Made by a program: the position numbers and the translations under genes. A stretch of DNA of 64,000 nucleotides, from NCBI GenBank assembly GCA_965661285.1, contig CBFIDD010000001.1:1-64000 (forward strand), given 5' to 3'. Below, piece after piece: positions 54,299-64,000 of this stretch. Each line of letters starts with the position of its first letter. The stretch's first letter is position 1. Origin of the DNA: Poseidonia sp. (GTDB lineage: Archaea; Thermoplasmatota; Poseidoniia; Poseidoniales; Poseidoniaceae). The notes below the pieces were generated by a model. The model had not been told where the DNA came from. It did not search any database and saw nothing but the letters and a program-made list of their open reading frames with translations.

Positions 54299-54448
54299 AT
54301 GGCACGATTCCCGGAAGCAGAAGCCCGTTTGCTTCACCGCAAAATTTGCATGCGTTGCAATGCACGCAACGCCGTTCGTGCCGTTCGCTGCCGAAAGTGC
54401 AGCTACAAGGGACTTCGTCCCAAGAACGTTGAGCGCAAGGGCAACTGA
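54299..54448 (+). CDS. rpl40e: 50S ribosomal protein L40e
   Basis: Manual translation: [49 protein letters not shown]. It is below the ORF-track cutoff; TTAAATA box upstream. Confidence 0.96.
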   Translation: MARFPEAEARLLHRKICMRCNARNAVRAVRCRKCSYKGLRPKNVERKGN

Positions 54449-54453
54449 GCGCT

Positions 54454-55449
54454 TCACCCAATCCACTGCATCAAGAGGGTTGTTGGATCACCCAAGAGGA
54501 CGAGCGGAAGCACGGCCGGGAACAAGAACACCAGCAACGGCATTTTGTGGCTGACCCAAACCCTGTCAACTCCGAGGGCCTCCAACCGCTCGAGATGGTT
54601 GGCCAACTCCTCTGTCGAGGGCGTTTTCCGCGGTGCGCGGGTGGCGTGAACCACGCACTCCTCGCCACTGGGCATGACCATCGTATCGGTCAGCAACCAA
54701 ACATGGCGATGGGGGACGTCGGATACGGCGAGCATCGAGGCGTGCCACGCTAAACGAAGGTCGCCCAAACCTCGTATGTCGCCTCGCTTGAGGTTGAGAA
54801 CCAGCATGATGACGGGGATGAGCAAGAACGCTAAACCGCCCCAGATCAACAAGGCGACGCTGACCGGGAGGGCAACCACCGAGCCATCAGCCATGCTGCT
54901 GAATGGAAGTGGAACCGAGGCCCATGTCGGGAACACGAGGGTGACCCACATCAACGCCTTGGCATCGGCGCCACCGTGCAGGAGACGAAGACGCCAAGCC
55001 ATGTCAATGAACAATATCACCAACAGAAGTGCGGCGGTCCTCCACCACAGCATACCAAGGGCCTCGCCATCGTCCAAGAGCACCTCCATCGGTGTTGTCG
55101 CTTGGTATTGAACGGCTCCAGCCACCAGGCCGACCAAACTCGCAGCGTACCACAACAGAAACGCCCGATCCATCCACGAACCGTTGAGGGCATCGTTGAA
55201 GGTTGGTCGACCAAACACCGATGCGCTGGCGTAGGCAATCACCGCTGAAGCCGTTGCGTAAATCGTCCAGTCTGCACCTTGGACCATCAAGTCCAGTGCC
55301 CAAATGAAAATGGCGGGCTTGGCCCATACGACCCAGTGCTCGTTGACCACTCGGCGGGTTTTGTGGTCCATCCAAGCAGCCCAACCCATGCCGAGGAGAA
55401 GCACAGCAACCCGTGTCCATCCCAAGATGGCCTCGTTGGTCGCCTGCAT
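54454..55449 (-). CDS. A24 family prepilin/prearchaellin peptidase (FlaK/PibD-like)
   Basis: AAWMDHKTRRV, GGADAKAL, VWVSHKMPLLVF. Confidence 0.87.
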   Translation of the reverse strand: MQATNEAILGWTRVAVLLLGMGWAAWMDHKTRRVVNEHWVVWAKPAIFIWALDLMVQGADWTIYATASAVIAYASASVFGRPTFNDALNGSWMDRAFLLWYAASLVGLVAGAVQYQATTPMEVLLDDGEALGMLWWRTAALLLVILFIDMAWRLRLLHGGADAKALMWVTLVFPTWASVPLPFSSMADGSVVALPVSVALLIWGGLAFLLIPVIMLVLNLKRGDIRGLGDLRLAWHASMLAVSDVPHRHVWLLTDTMVMPSGEECVVHATRAPRKTPSTEELANHLERLEALGVDRVWVSHKMPLLVFLFPAVLPLVLLGDPTTLLMQWIG

Positions 55450-55514
55450 AGCCGAACCACGGCGGCCATCACCTTAAAGACGGCCACCAACGAGGAACCG
55501 ATGCGTGCAACAAG

Positions 55515-55790
55515 GTGAACGACATGAACATCGAAGAACGATTGGAACAAGTTGCCTCGGTCATCAACCAAATTGACGACCCGAAAGTCCCCCGGAACAT
55601 CCGTCGTCAGGCGAAGGAAGCCTGCGACAACTGGCTGCTCAACAAAGGCCGACAACTCGACGTGCGGATCGCCATGGCGCAATCAAAGCTCGAGGAGTTG
55701 TACGAAGACCCGAACATCCCACCCGAATTTGGAACGCTGATTTTGACCATCAACACCGAACTCGAGCGCATCCTCACCGAAGTGCTTTGA
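55515..55790 (+). CDS. UPF0147 family protein
   Basis: DPKVPRNIRR, EDPNIP. Confidence 0.88.
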   Translation: MNDMNIEERLEQVASVINQIDDPKVPRNIRRQAKEACDNWLLNKGRQLDVRIAMAQSKLEELYEDPNIPPEFGTLILTINTELERILTEVL

Positions 55791-55791
55791 A

Positions 55792-57225
55792 TCACTCTTC
55801 TTCGTCATCGCCGAGAGCAAAGACAAGGCGACCGAGCAATAAACGCTCTTTGACGCTCAATTTCCCTTCCGTGACGATCGCCTCAAATTGTGCATCCCAC
55901 CTCTTCGGGTCCTGCATGTGGTCAATACCGATGCGGATGAGGGCGATCTGGTCGAGGCTCAAGCGTCCTCTTCGCAGAGCGTATTCTGCGGCAATGCGTG
56001 CTGAGATCAACTTCACCTGGTCGTCGGTGTAGCCAAGGACGTTTTGCAGTTCATCCAACATTCGCTCCTCATAGGCCGTGATGCGTCCGTCCTTGATGGC
56101 CTCGCGCCACGCTTCTTCAAGCGTGGGCGCCCGTTCTGAGAGGATGATGGCCAGCGGCCGGGTGGCGTCAATGTTTTCGAGAACGATTTTCAAAATCACC
56201 ACCAGTGGGATGGACAAAATCATGCCAATGATGCCCCACACCCAGAAGGAAAAGGCCGTGACGACCAACAACAGGACGGGTGAGATGTCAAGCGCACGAC
56301 CTGCCCACCGTGTCTCAATGATATTCCCCCACAGTTGCTGATTGGTCAACAAGAGTGTTGTGAGCAGAAGCAAGAGCGCCGGGTCGAGAAGAATGAACCC
56401 AAGGACGATGGGAGGAATGGTGGCCAAGAGGGAACCGATGTAGGGCACGTAATTCAAGAGGAACGTGAGCAGGGCCCACGTGAACCAGAGGTCAATACCA
56501 AACACGAGCATGACCAAACCGGCACAAACGCCCGTACCAAATCCAACACCCGTTTTGACGACAACATAGGTATTCACACTGGCTTCGATTTGATCTCGAA
56601 TCATGCTGACGCGCTCGCTGGCTCCACCGGGAAAAGCACGTTCAATTCGTCCCGGAAGTAAACTGGCTTCGAAAATGATGAAGAGCAAGAAAAAGAGAAC
56701 CGTGATGCCGGTGATGAAAAACATCCCCACGCTTGACAGCAGGTTGTTCATCGCCGTCGAGACACCGGAGCCCTCCTCGAGAAGCCCCATGCTCGCCAGG
56801 TCTTCATCGAGGGTTCCATCAACCGTCGCCCCCGAATCAAGAATCGACTGACCGACCAGCGGCATCTCCTTGAGGTCCGACCATCGTTTGTTGAGAAGTT
56901 CCGTGTACTCGTCCATACGCTCCTCGTCCGAGAGGAAGGTGTCGGCTTGTTGATAGGCAAAGAATCCTGCACTCAACACAATCAAAATAGCCAGCAAGAG
57001 CATCGTGATGTACGAGAGCATGATGGGAAAGCCCTTGCGTGAGAGGGCGTCTGCACCGGGTTTGAGCACGAAGTAGATACCGAGCGCGATGAACAATGGC
57101 TGGAGGACGTCAACAAGTTGTATCAGCCAAACAGTGAGTAAGGTCATGATGACGGCAGCGTGGGAAAAAACAGCCAAACGATGTCGAAACTGGGGTCCCG
57201 ACCATGCTGACGTAGCCGTCTCCAT
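55792..57225 (-). CDS. AI-2E family transporter
   Basis: YVVVKT, FLLNYVPYIGS, GNIIE, WGIIGMILSIP; extra C-terminal helical domain. Confidence 0.9.
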   Translation of the reverse strand: METATSAWSGPQFRHRLAVFSHAAVIMTLLTVWLIQLVDVLQPLFIALGIYFVLKPGADALSRKGFPIMLSYITMLLLAILIVLSAGFFAYQQADTFLSDEERMDEYTELLNKRWSDLKEMPLVGQSILDSGATVDGTLDEDLASMGLLEEGSGVSTAMNNLLSSVGMFFITGITVLFFLLFIIFEASLLPGRIERAFPGGASERVSMIRDQIEASVNTYVVVKTGVGFGTGVCAGLVMLVFGIDLWFTWALLTFLLNYVPYIGSLLATIPPIVLGFILLDPALLLLLTTLLLTNQQLWGNIIETRWAGRALDISPVLLLVVTAFSFWVWGIIGMILSIPLVVILKIVLENIDATRPLAIILSERAPTLEEAWREAIKDGRITAYEERMLDELQNVLGYTDDQVKLISARIAAEYALRRGRLSLDQIALIRIGIDHMQDPKRWDAQFEAIVTEGKLSVKERLLLGRLVFALGDDEEE

Positions 57226-57278
57226 AAGGTCGTGCTGAAGTCTTCTGGTCTTCAAGACATCTCATCGGAAAAAAGGCG

Positions 57279-58610
57279 TTATTCTGCCTCGTCGAGAACG
57301 CCCAGATTTGGAATACGAAGGGTCAAGAAACCGCAGATAAGCATCAACACCCCGCACAAGTGGAACGCCGTGTGATAGTCAAACGGATAGGTCCCGTTGA
57401 CCGTCAGCTCCCATGCAAAGCCCCCCGAGAGCGGGCCTATGATGCGAGCGAACGCACCGAGGGACTCCTGCGCACCCATCACGGCTCCCAAATCAAAATC
57501 TTCTTTTCTGGCAAGTCGTGTCAAGTACGTGCTTGATGAGGGTTGAAAGACACCGTTGCCAATCGCAATGCAGGACAGGACCACCAACAATTGGAGCCAT
57601 ACCAGATTGGTCTGCGTGTACGGAATGAGCACCAAACCCGTTCCTGTAAGCCCAATGGACATCGGAATGAGACGACGGGTGCCAAACTTCCTGGTCAGCG
57701 GCCCGATGAGCACGCCTTGCGTAAGAATGCCCAGAAGGCCAATCATAGCGAACATCCGTCCGTTATCCTGTTCAGAAAAGCCCAGTCCACCCGATGCCGG
57801 GTCCATCTCCGTGTAGAGGATGAAGACCGCATGCATGACGGTGAACCCGAGCATGAACAGCATGGTGACCCAAATCATAGCACCAACCGTGGCCGTCCTG
57901 AGCATGGAGATCGAATCGCCAGCCATGCGTGCCATCCGGCCGCCCCAAGAAAGCGTGGGCGCCTCTCGAACAGCATCCAAATCAACGGATTCTGGGAGTT
58001 TGAAATATGCCAGCACCAACGAAGCGGCAGAAAGCAGGCTCGCAATCACGCATGGAAGAAGATAGGGATAGGTTTCAAACACGGTGCCTACAAACACATC
58101 CCAACGCTCTGCGGGACTGGAAAACTCTCCGCCGATAAACGGACCGATGGTGAAACCCAGGCCGAAAGCTGCACCGATGAGGCCCATGCGCGTCGCCAAT
58201 TGTTTCGGTGTGCTGACGTCCCCGATATAGGCTCGAGCGACGGCGATGTTGCCGTTGAAAATACCAGCGAAAAATCGCATGGAAAGCGCGAAGAGAAGGG
58301 TGGATGACAATCCAAACGCGGTGAAAAAGACGGTGTTGCCAACCAGCCCAATCATGAGGACTGGGCGTCGCCCGATGCGGTCAGAGAGCGAACCCCAAAA
58401 GGGAGAGGAGAGGAACTGTGCCGTCGAATAGGCCGTCATCAAAAGCCCGACCCAAAGGCCGATGCGGACGACGCCCTGCTCAGCAGCGAGGTCTTGAACG
58501 AGATAGGTGAGAAATGGAATGATAATTCCAAATCCGATCATATCAATCATCGTGACCAAAAAGAGGGCCAAAAGAGCCCCTTTTCCAGCATCTTGAGATG
58601 TTGATGACAT
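57279..58610 (-). CDS. MFS transporter (TetA/DHA1-like)
   Basis: DMIGFGIIIP, GSLSDRIGRRP, GAAFGLGFTIGP. Confidence 0.9.
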   Translation of the reverse strand: MSSTSQDAGKGALLALFLVTMIDMIGFGIIIPFLTYLVQDLAAEQGVVRIGLWVGLLMTAYSTAQFLSSPFWGSLSDRIGRRPVLMIGLVGNTVFFTAFGLSSTLLFALSMRFFAGIFNGNIAVARAYIGDVSTPKQLATRMGLIGAAFGLGFTIGPFIGGEFSSPAERWDVFVGTVFETYPYLLPCVIASLLSAASLVLAYFKLPESVDLDAVREAPTLSWGGRMARMAGDSISMLRTATVGAMIWVTMLFMLGFTVMHAVFILYTEMDPASGGLGFSEQDNGRMFAMIGLLGILTQGVLIGPLTRKFGTRRLIPMSIGLTGTGLVLIPYTQTNLVWLQLLVVLSCIAIGNGVFQPSSSTYLTRLARKEDFDLGAVMGAQESLGAFARIIGPLSGGFAWELTVNGTYPFDYHTAFHLCGVLMLICGFLTLRIPNLGVLDEAE

Positions 58611-58681
58611 GATGACTAACTCTACCCTATCGCTCTTCACTTTTCTATGCCACCCCAATATTCCCACGTTGGGAGGGATTT

Positions 58682-60754
58682 TCAGACCAAGGAGATCTTG
58701 CTCTGGACTTCTGGCGTGAGCCGGTCGATAACGGCCTCAAGGCGCTCAACGAGGCTGGCTTTTTGCTCGTGTTTGATCAAAGCAAACTGCATCACCTCGT
58801 CCAACGTGTCAACAGCAACGACCTCCACCATGTTCTCAAATCGGTCGTCAAGGAGAACATCCTGCATGTTGGCCCGTGGAACAACAATGGTTTTCACGCC
58901 CGAGCGTGCGGCGGCTTCAATTTTTGCTGTGACACCGCCGATAGGCAGCACTTCGCCTCGGACCGAGAGAGAACCCGTCATGGCCAAATCTTGGCGGATA
59001 GGGATGTTTTCGAGCGCCGAGATGATGGCTGTTGCAATGGTGATGGAAGCCGAATCGCCGTCGACACCGTGTGTATCGACGAATTGAATGTGGATGTCGT
59101 AGTCCGAGATGTCCTTCCCGGTGAGTTTCTTGATGACAGCACTGACGTTGGTCACGCTTTCTTTCGCAAGGTCGGACAAGCCGCCCGTAGCGTGAATCTT
59201 CCCGCCACCTCCTTGAGAGGGCGTCACGAGGGCCTCGACCGGCAACATGATGCCGCTAAAGTCCGAAAGACCGGAGTTGGCGCCCAAAACAGCCAGACCG
59301 TTCACCCGGCCGACGCGTTCACCGCTGTTGACGAGCATGGCGTAGTCTTGGCGGCGCTCAATCATTCGGTCGGCCACCTGTTGTTCAAGCGGTTTAGCGA
59401 TGTTGCGAGCACCGAGGACATGTTCGGCCGACGTGAAGGGTGCACCGGCCTCAACGGCCAGGTCACCCGCAATTCGAACCAATCCGCCAAGCTCTCGAAG
59501 GCGAAGCGAGAGTTTTCCTCGCCGCCCGGCTCGTCGTTGGGCTTCTCGCAGGATGATGGCGACAGCGCTTTTGTCGAAGTGCGGGATTTCACGAACGGTG
59601 TCTTGGTCGCGCAGAACTTCCTGAGCGATGAACCGGATGAGGCGGCGGCGGTTCCGGGAGGTGTCCGGCATCTCCGAGTTGACGTAAACTTCGTATCCAT
59701 AGCCGCGGATACGGCTGCGCAACGCCGGGTGCATCCCCTGAATAGCGTCAAGATTTCCTGCAGCGATGAGAATGAAGTCGCACGGAACGGCTTCGGTCTT
59801 GGTCAAGGCGCCGGAGGAACGCTCTGAGCGTCCTGAAATGGGGAAGGCACGGTCTTGCATGGCGGTGAGGAGGGCTTGTTGTTCCTCAAGCCGTAGAAGA
59901 TTGATTTCGTCAATGTAGAGAACACCCTTGTGGGCTCGGTGAATAGCGCCGGGTTCGACACGGTCGTGAGCCGGTGTTTCCATGCCACCGGACTGGAACG
60001 GGTCGTGCCGTACATCGCCCAAGAGCGACCCGGAAAGGGTCGCCGTGGCATCGACAAAGGGAGGCAGTTCGTTCAAATCATGTTTGACGAGCACCTTCGG
60101 AATTCGGCTTTCATCGGCGGCGCCGAGGCGACTGCGAATGAACATGTAGCCGAAGACGAGCAAAAAGCCGCCGAAGAGCAAGGTGAACAAATCGCCAGAC
60201 TGTAGGGCAGCGATGAGCAAGAGGAAGCCGATGGCTGCAAAGGCGATGAAAAGCATACGCTGCGATTTCTCACGTTGCTGGCGGATGGCTTCTTTCTGAA
60301 CCTTCACGATGCGTTCTGCCCGACCGGCAGGAACGGTTCGAACCCGAGGCACGTTTTCGTCGTCCTCGTTGGGATAGACCAACACGTCTTCAAGGGCATC
60401 CTTGGGAAGCAGGTCGCTCATCGACTTGGCCAACATCGATTTCCCGGTGCCCGGGTCGCCGATCATCAGCATGTGACGGCGCTGCTCAGCGGCTTTTTTG
60501 ATGACCACAGAACCGGCTTCCTGGCCAATAACTTGGTCGACCAATCGTTCTGGGATGGGGACATCGGCCGTGGATTCAAAATCAACGTCTGCAATCCATT
60601 CTTCCACCGATGCTGTGACGATTTCGTCAGCACCGGTCGGTTCGGGGGACCAAATGGTTGCCATTTCGTCGTGCTCGACCTCGGCGCCTTCTTGAGTGTC
60701 CAGAGGAACCTCCTCTGAATCCTCAACAGGAATCTCACCGCTGTCTTCGGCCAC
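58682..60754 (-). CDS. lonB: Membrane-anchored ATP-dependent protease LonB
   Basis: [15 protein letters not shown], two TMs, [18 protein letters not shown] (Ser), GGVTAK (Lys); probable GTG start. Confidence 0.96.
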   Translation of the reverse strand: MAEDSGEIPVEDSEEVPLDTQEGAEVEHDEMATIWSPEPTGADEIVTASVEEWIADVDFESTADVPIPERLVDQVIGQEAGSVVIKKAAEQRRHMLMIGDPGTGKSMLAKSMSDLLPKDALEDVLVYPNEDDENVPRVRTVPAGRAERIVKVQKEAIRQQREKSQRMLFIAFAAIGFLLLIAALQSGDLFTLLFGGFLLVFGYMFIRSRLGAADESRIPKVLVKHDLNELPPFVDATATLSGSLLGDVRHDPFQSGGMETPAHDRVEPGAIHRAHKGVLYIDEINLLRLEEQQALLTAMQDRAFPISGRSERSSGALTKTEAVPCDFILIAAGNLDAIQGMHPALRSRIRGYGYEVYVNSEMPDTSRNRRRLIRFIAQEVLRDQDTVREIPHFDKSAVAIILREAQRRAGRRGKLSLRLRELGGLVRIAGDLAVEAGAPFTSAEHVLGARNIAKPLEQQVADRMIERRQDYAMLVNSGERVGRVNGLAVLGANSGLSDFSGIMLPVEALVTPSQGGGGKIHATGGLSDLAKESVTNVSAVIKKLTGKDISDYDIHIQFVDTHGVDGDSASITIATAIISALENIPIRQDLAMTGSLSVRGEVLPIGGVTAKIEAAARSGVKTIVVPRANMQDVLLDDRFENMVEVVAVDTLDEVMQFALIKHEQKASLVERLEAVIDRLTPEVQSKISLV

Positions 60755-60830
60755 GCCTCTTCCTCTCCTCACTCCCCTTTAGGGGTATGCTTTTGTCATA
60801 ACCCCCGGCAAGGGGGAATAAATCTTGCAT

Positions 60831-63800
60831 TCACAGTTGGTTCAATCGGTCGAGGTATTGCTGACCGTAGTAATTCCACTGCTCCATGGACCACCCTGCT
60901 GGCAAGCCACTTGCTGGCAACGGTGGGCCAACAGGGGCTGCCACGGGAGCCGCCACAGGGGCCGGGGTCGGAGCGACTGCCGCAACGGGTGCAACAGTGG
61001 CGACAGGCGCCATGGCTGAGGCAGGTTGCTGGAACAATTCCTGAGCCCCGCCGTACATCGAGTTGGCCACGGTGTCGTGAACGGGAAGCGTGGCTTCGTT
61101 CCACTTGAGTTCCTCGGTCTGACCGCTGCCACCTCGCATGAACATCAATCCAAGGAGGGCGGCCACGATGAGGACGCCAATGATGATGAGGATGAGGTTC
61201 ATGTTCAATCCGGGTCCTTCCTCTGCACTCGATCCTTGGACTTCATCCACCGGGCAATCAGCGCGTGTATCTTCACACGCACCATCAAACTTGGTGTTAA
61301 GTTCCATCAAACGGGCTTCAAGGCTCGCTTGGTCATCGGCGTTGGCTGGGTCCTCAAGTTGTGCTTCAATCTCTTCAATGTCGGTGATGAGGTCAGCTAC
61401 GTACCACTCGAGCAAGGCATCGTCCATCTCGGCAGGCTCAGGCAGCGCTTCGGTGGTCAACCACTTGGTGGTCTCACCGGTCTTGTATTCCTGACCAGCA
61501 TCGTCAACCGCTCGCACGGTCAAACCGATGTAGTCCATGTTGCGCATGCCGTTGACACGTGCATAGCCTCCATCACCGTAGGATGAGGGGATGTTCATCT
61601 CTTGTGTCCATCCGGTATTGGAGCGGGACATGTCGAGGTCGTATTCCCAGAATCCGTCGCAGGTACCGGACAACTCGTTGCACAGAGACCATGTGACCGA
61701 CACGACGGTGAAGGTGGGTGCTGATTCTGTCAGCGCAAACGAGGCGGTTGGGGTTTGGGTTTCGTATGTGTCAACCATGTCAACGTAGAGATGACCCGAG
61801 CCGTCGTCTGTCGTGGACACATAGAACGGCACGGAATCGAAGACGTTCACGATGATTTGGTAGCTGTTGGTTGCATATCCATCGGTCGTAGAGATGGTCA
61901 CTGTTTGGACACCAACCTCCTCGAAGTTGAGAATCAAGTCGCCGGTCACCAAACGGGCGGAACCGGTTTCGGTCGACTGAGGGTTGTTCACCCAGTAGGT
62001 TCCCTGGGGGCTGTCAACATCGGAAAGACGGCTGTTGAGGTTGATCACCTTCTGACGGTTGGTCTTCAGGGAGAATTCCTCGATGTCGGTCAGGTCAAGA
62101 CGGGGAGCATCGTTGATGGGGTTCACTCGGAGGGTGATGGTCTGGTCGGAGAATTGCTCGCCATCGCTTGCTCGCAATGTGACCACGGTTTCACCGTTCA
62201 CGTCGTCGTCGACCGTTTCGAAGCCAAGATTTTGGCCGCGTAGTTCAACATCGAAGACTTCGGGGTTTGAGTTGCTCATGATCTGGAGCGAGAGGGTACT
62301 GGTGTCAACTTCTGCCCCTACATCGTCGGTATCGGAGAGGTATTCAGAGAGCGAGAGCACACCGCTACCGCCTTCATCAACGACCTGAACGGGGAGGCCT
62401 TCCCATCGTGGCTGACCGTTTTCGATGATGTTGAACAGCAACGTACCGTAGGGAAGTTCCCCGTCATTGGTGTAATCGCCGCCGTCATCAACCTTGATTT
62501 CAATGCCTTTCTGACCCAGCGGGCATTTTTGCTGGAGGTCGTCGTAGGCGAAGAGGACCTCAATTTCCTCACTCGCAGGGTGCCACGCCACAAAGTTGGG
62601 GCTGTTTGAAGTGATGGTGAGGTCTCCCAACGGGGTTTCGGGGTCCGAAACGTGGCCGTCCATGCTCACCTTGGTGCTGATGTCGCACATCACGGTTGGA
62701 ACGGGATCAGCAACGATGAGCGGGCGTCCATTGGCGAGTTCAAACATGTCGCTGACAACCGACCAATCACTTGTTTGGCCTCGACTATCAACGGCTCGTG
62801 AACGAACATCGTAGTCGCCGGCCACCATGGTCATGCTGGGGTAGATGATGTGCTCTCGACCTTCCTGAGGCGAGTCGCGATAGAGCACGTTTTCACCACC
62901 GGAAACGATGCTACCGTCCCAGTTGTTTTGGCCTGCGGGGGACACCTCGACCTCAAACATCATGCTGTCAATGGTGTCAACATTGTCGTTGGCATCGCCC
63001 TTGGCAAGAACGGAGACATAGTCGCCCCGCTCCACCACGTCAGAACCGAGGACTTGAGGCGTTTTGACAAGCGGGGTGCGGTCGTGGTCAACGCCGATTT
63101 CTTGGACGTTATTGCTGGACGCCATATCGCCGGTGATGCCCACAAGGCGAGCCCCGAAGTTGGTGGACCAGACGTTGCTTGGCAGGTTTGAGGTGTCGAA
63201 GGTAGCCGTACCGGTCAAGAAAGAAGAGCCGGGAGCGACATTGAGTGTTGGGATGGACACGGTATCGATGGCCGTGGTTGTGGCGCCGTTCTTGTAGAAG
63301 AATTCGAGCGAACCGCCGCTGGTGTAGTCAAGGTCGCCGGTGTTTTTGACATCAACTTGGAGTGTCACCGTGTCGCCACGGACGTATGAATCGGTGCCCT
63401 GATCGTTGGTCACTGTGAGTCCAGAGACACCGATGTCCATCTTGGGGCCCATGGTTGAATCGATGGCGTGGTAAACGTGAGGGCTGCTACCGCCAACGGA
63501 AACTTGGTTGCCGCTCATGAGAGCAGCCACGACGACGGCTTTGTTGATGCCGCCGGGGACGACGGAGGTGGGGACCGAGGTCCAGGTCTCGGTGGCTTCC
63601 GCCGAGGAGACGGAGACGCTGTGGAAAGCGGAGCCGGTTCCTGCGCCCTTTGACTTGTAGGTGTCACCAGCGGTGAGCCAAGCCATCCAGCAGTTGTAGC
63701 CGTGAGGAATACCCGAGGAGTAGGAGTAGCCGGTGCAGTCCTTGTCAACAAGAGCAGCGTAGAGCTTCATGTTGGAAGCGGGGGAACCTGAACCCTTGTA

Positions 63801-64000
63801 CTTGTAGGAGATGCTGATGTCGTAGTTGCCACCGTTCTGGGAAACGGCTGCAGACATGCCGTAATCGTTCACGGTGCTGTGCATGCCGCCGCCGCTTGAG
63901 AACTGGCTGTCATAGGTGTCGTAATTGGCCGATGCACCACTTTGTCGCTTGTCAGTGCGGTCGCCGAAGTAGGCATCTGGAGCACCGCCAGTGGTCCAGG
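60831..64000 (-). CDS. Large surface protein (5'-partial): Omp28-like domain, CARDB/Ig/cadherin-like repeats, coiled coil, TM, WW-like tail
   Basis: The frame is open to the window end. Motifs include VKNTG, NGRP, ASDG, VNPINDAP, a TM (LILIIIGVLIVAALLGLMF) and a C-terminal PPLPASGLPAGWSMEQWNYYG. Confidence 0.85.
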   Translation of the reverse strand, partial: WTTGGAPDAYFGDRTDKRQSGASANYDTYDSQFSSGGGMHSTVNDYGMSAAVSQNGGNYDISISYKYKGSGSPASNMKLYAALVDKDCTGYSYSSGIPHGYNCWMAWLTAGDTYKSKGAGTGSAFHSVSVSSAEATETWTSVPTSVVPGGINKAVVVAALMSGNQVSVGGSSPHVYHAIDSTMGPKMDIGVSGLTVTNDQGTDSYVRGDTVTLQVDVKNTGDLDYTSGGSLEFFYKNGATTTAIDTVSIPTLNVAPGSSFLTGTATFDTSNLPSNVWSTNFGARLVGITGDMASSNNVQEIGVDHDRTPLVKTPQVLGSDVVERGDYVSVLAKGDANDNVDTIDSMMFEVEVSPAGQNNWDGSIVSGGENVLYRDSPQEGREHIIYPSMTMVAGDYDVRSRAVDSRGQTSDWSVVSDMFELANGRPLIVADPVPTVMCDISTKVSMDGHVSDPETPLGDLTITSNSPNFVAWHPASEEIEVLFAYDDLQQKCPLGQKGIEIKVDDGGDYTNDGELPYGTLLFNIIENGQPRWEGLPVQVVDEGGSGVLSLSEYLSDTDDVGAEVDTSTLSLQIMSNSNPEVFDVELRGQNLGFETVDDDVNGETVVTLRASDGEQFSDQTITLRVNPINDAPRLDLTDIEEFSLKTNRQKVINLNSRLSDVDSPQGTYWVNNPQSTETGSARLVTGDLILNFEEVGVQTVTISTTDGYATNSYQIIVNVFDSVPFYVSTTDDGSGHLYVDMVDTYETQTPTASFALTESAPTFTVVSVTWSLCNELSGTCDGFWEYDLDMSRSNTGWTQEMNIPSSYGDGGYARVNGMRNMDYIGLTVRAVDDAGQEYKTGETTKWLTTEALPEPAEMDDALLEWYVADLITDIEEIEAQLEDPANADDQASLEARLMELNTKFDGACEDTRADCPVDEVQGSSAEEGPGLNMNLILIIIGVLIVAALLGLMFMRGGSGQTEELKWNEATLPVHDTVANSMYGGAQELFQQPASAMAPVATVAPVAAVAPTPAPVAAPVAAPVGPPLPASGLPAGWSMEQWNYYGQQYLDRLNQL

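Noticed and set aside
54218-54466. N-terminal extension of the MBL-fold ORF
   Set aside because: It is antisense to rpl40e, so it is an ORF-calling artefact.
58682-60754. Possible intein in LonB (common in some archaea)
   Set aside because: The length and motif continuity are normal, with no intein splice motifs.
1-64000. CRISPR arrays, rRNA, transposases, integrases, known defence systems
   Set aside because: No regularly spaced repeats or recognisable motifs were seen; the window is almost fully tiled by identifiable CDSs.

Overview
This window is a gene-dense, GC-rich archaeal chromosome segment. The gene set (ArcTGT, archaeal PheS, CTP-dependent riboflavin kinase, TFB, L40e, LonB, UPF0147, A24 prepilin peptidase), the mostly short-leader genes and the large secreted proteins with Trp/Tyr-rich C-tails point to Marine Group II Euryarchaeota (Ca. 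Poseidoniales); this placement is inferred, not searched. It contains a full sufCBDSE-sufT operon with a divergent NifU-domain gene, a four-gene ABC exporter, housekeeping genes (truA, pheS, folD, tatC, citrate synthase, kbl, purA, tfb, rpl40e, lonB), two tRNAs (Thr-TGT, Ala-TGC) and a small variable region next to tRNA-Ala. The most notable signals are: (1) an apparently circularly permuted glycerophosphodiesterase, with the HRG motif at the C-terminus, divergent from an Aur1/IPC-synthase-like PAP2 enzyme; (2) a translationally coupled operon of a DUF2226/DUF835 protein, a DnaA-like AAA+ protein with a dead Walker A, and YkgJ; (3) enzymes that have lost metal ligands (ArcTGT Zn site, MBL fold); and (4) WW-like C-terminal tails. 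No CRISPR array, rRNA, integrase or transposase was seen. All family calls come from motif recognition by eye.
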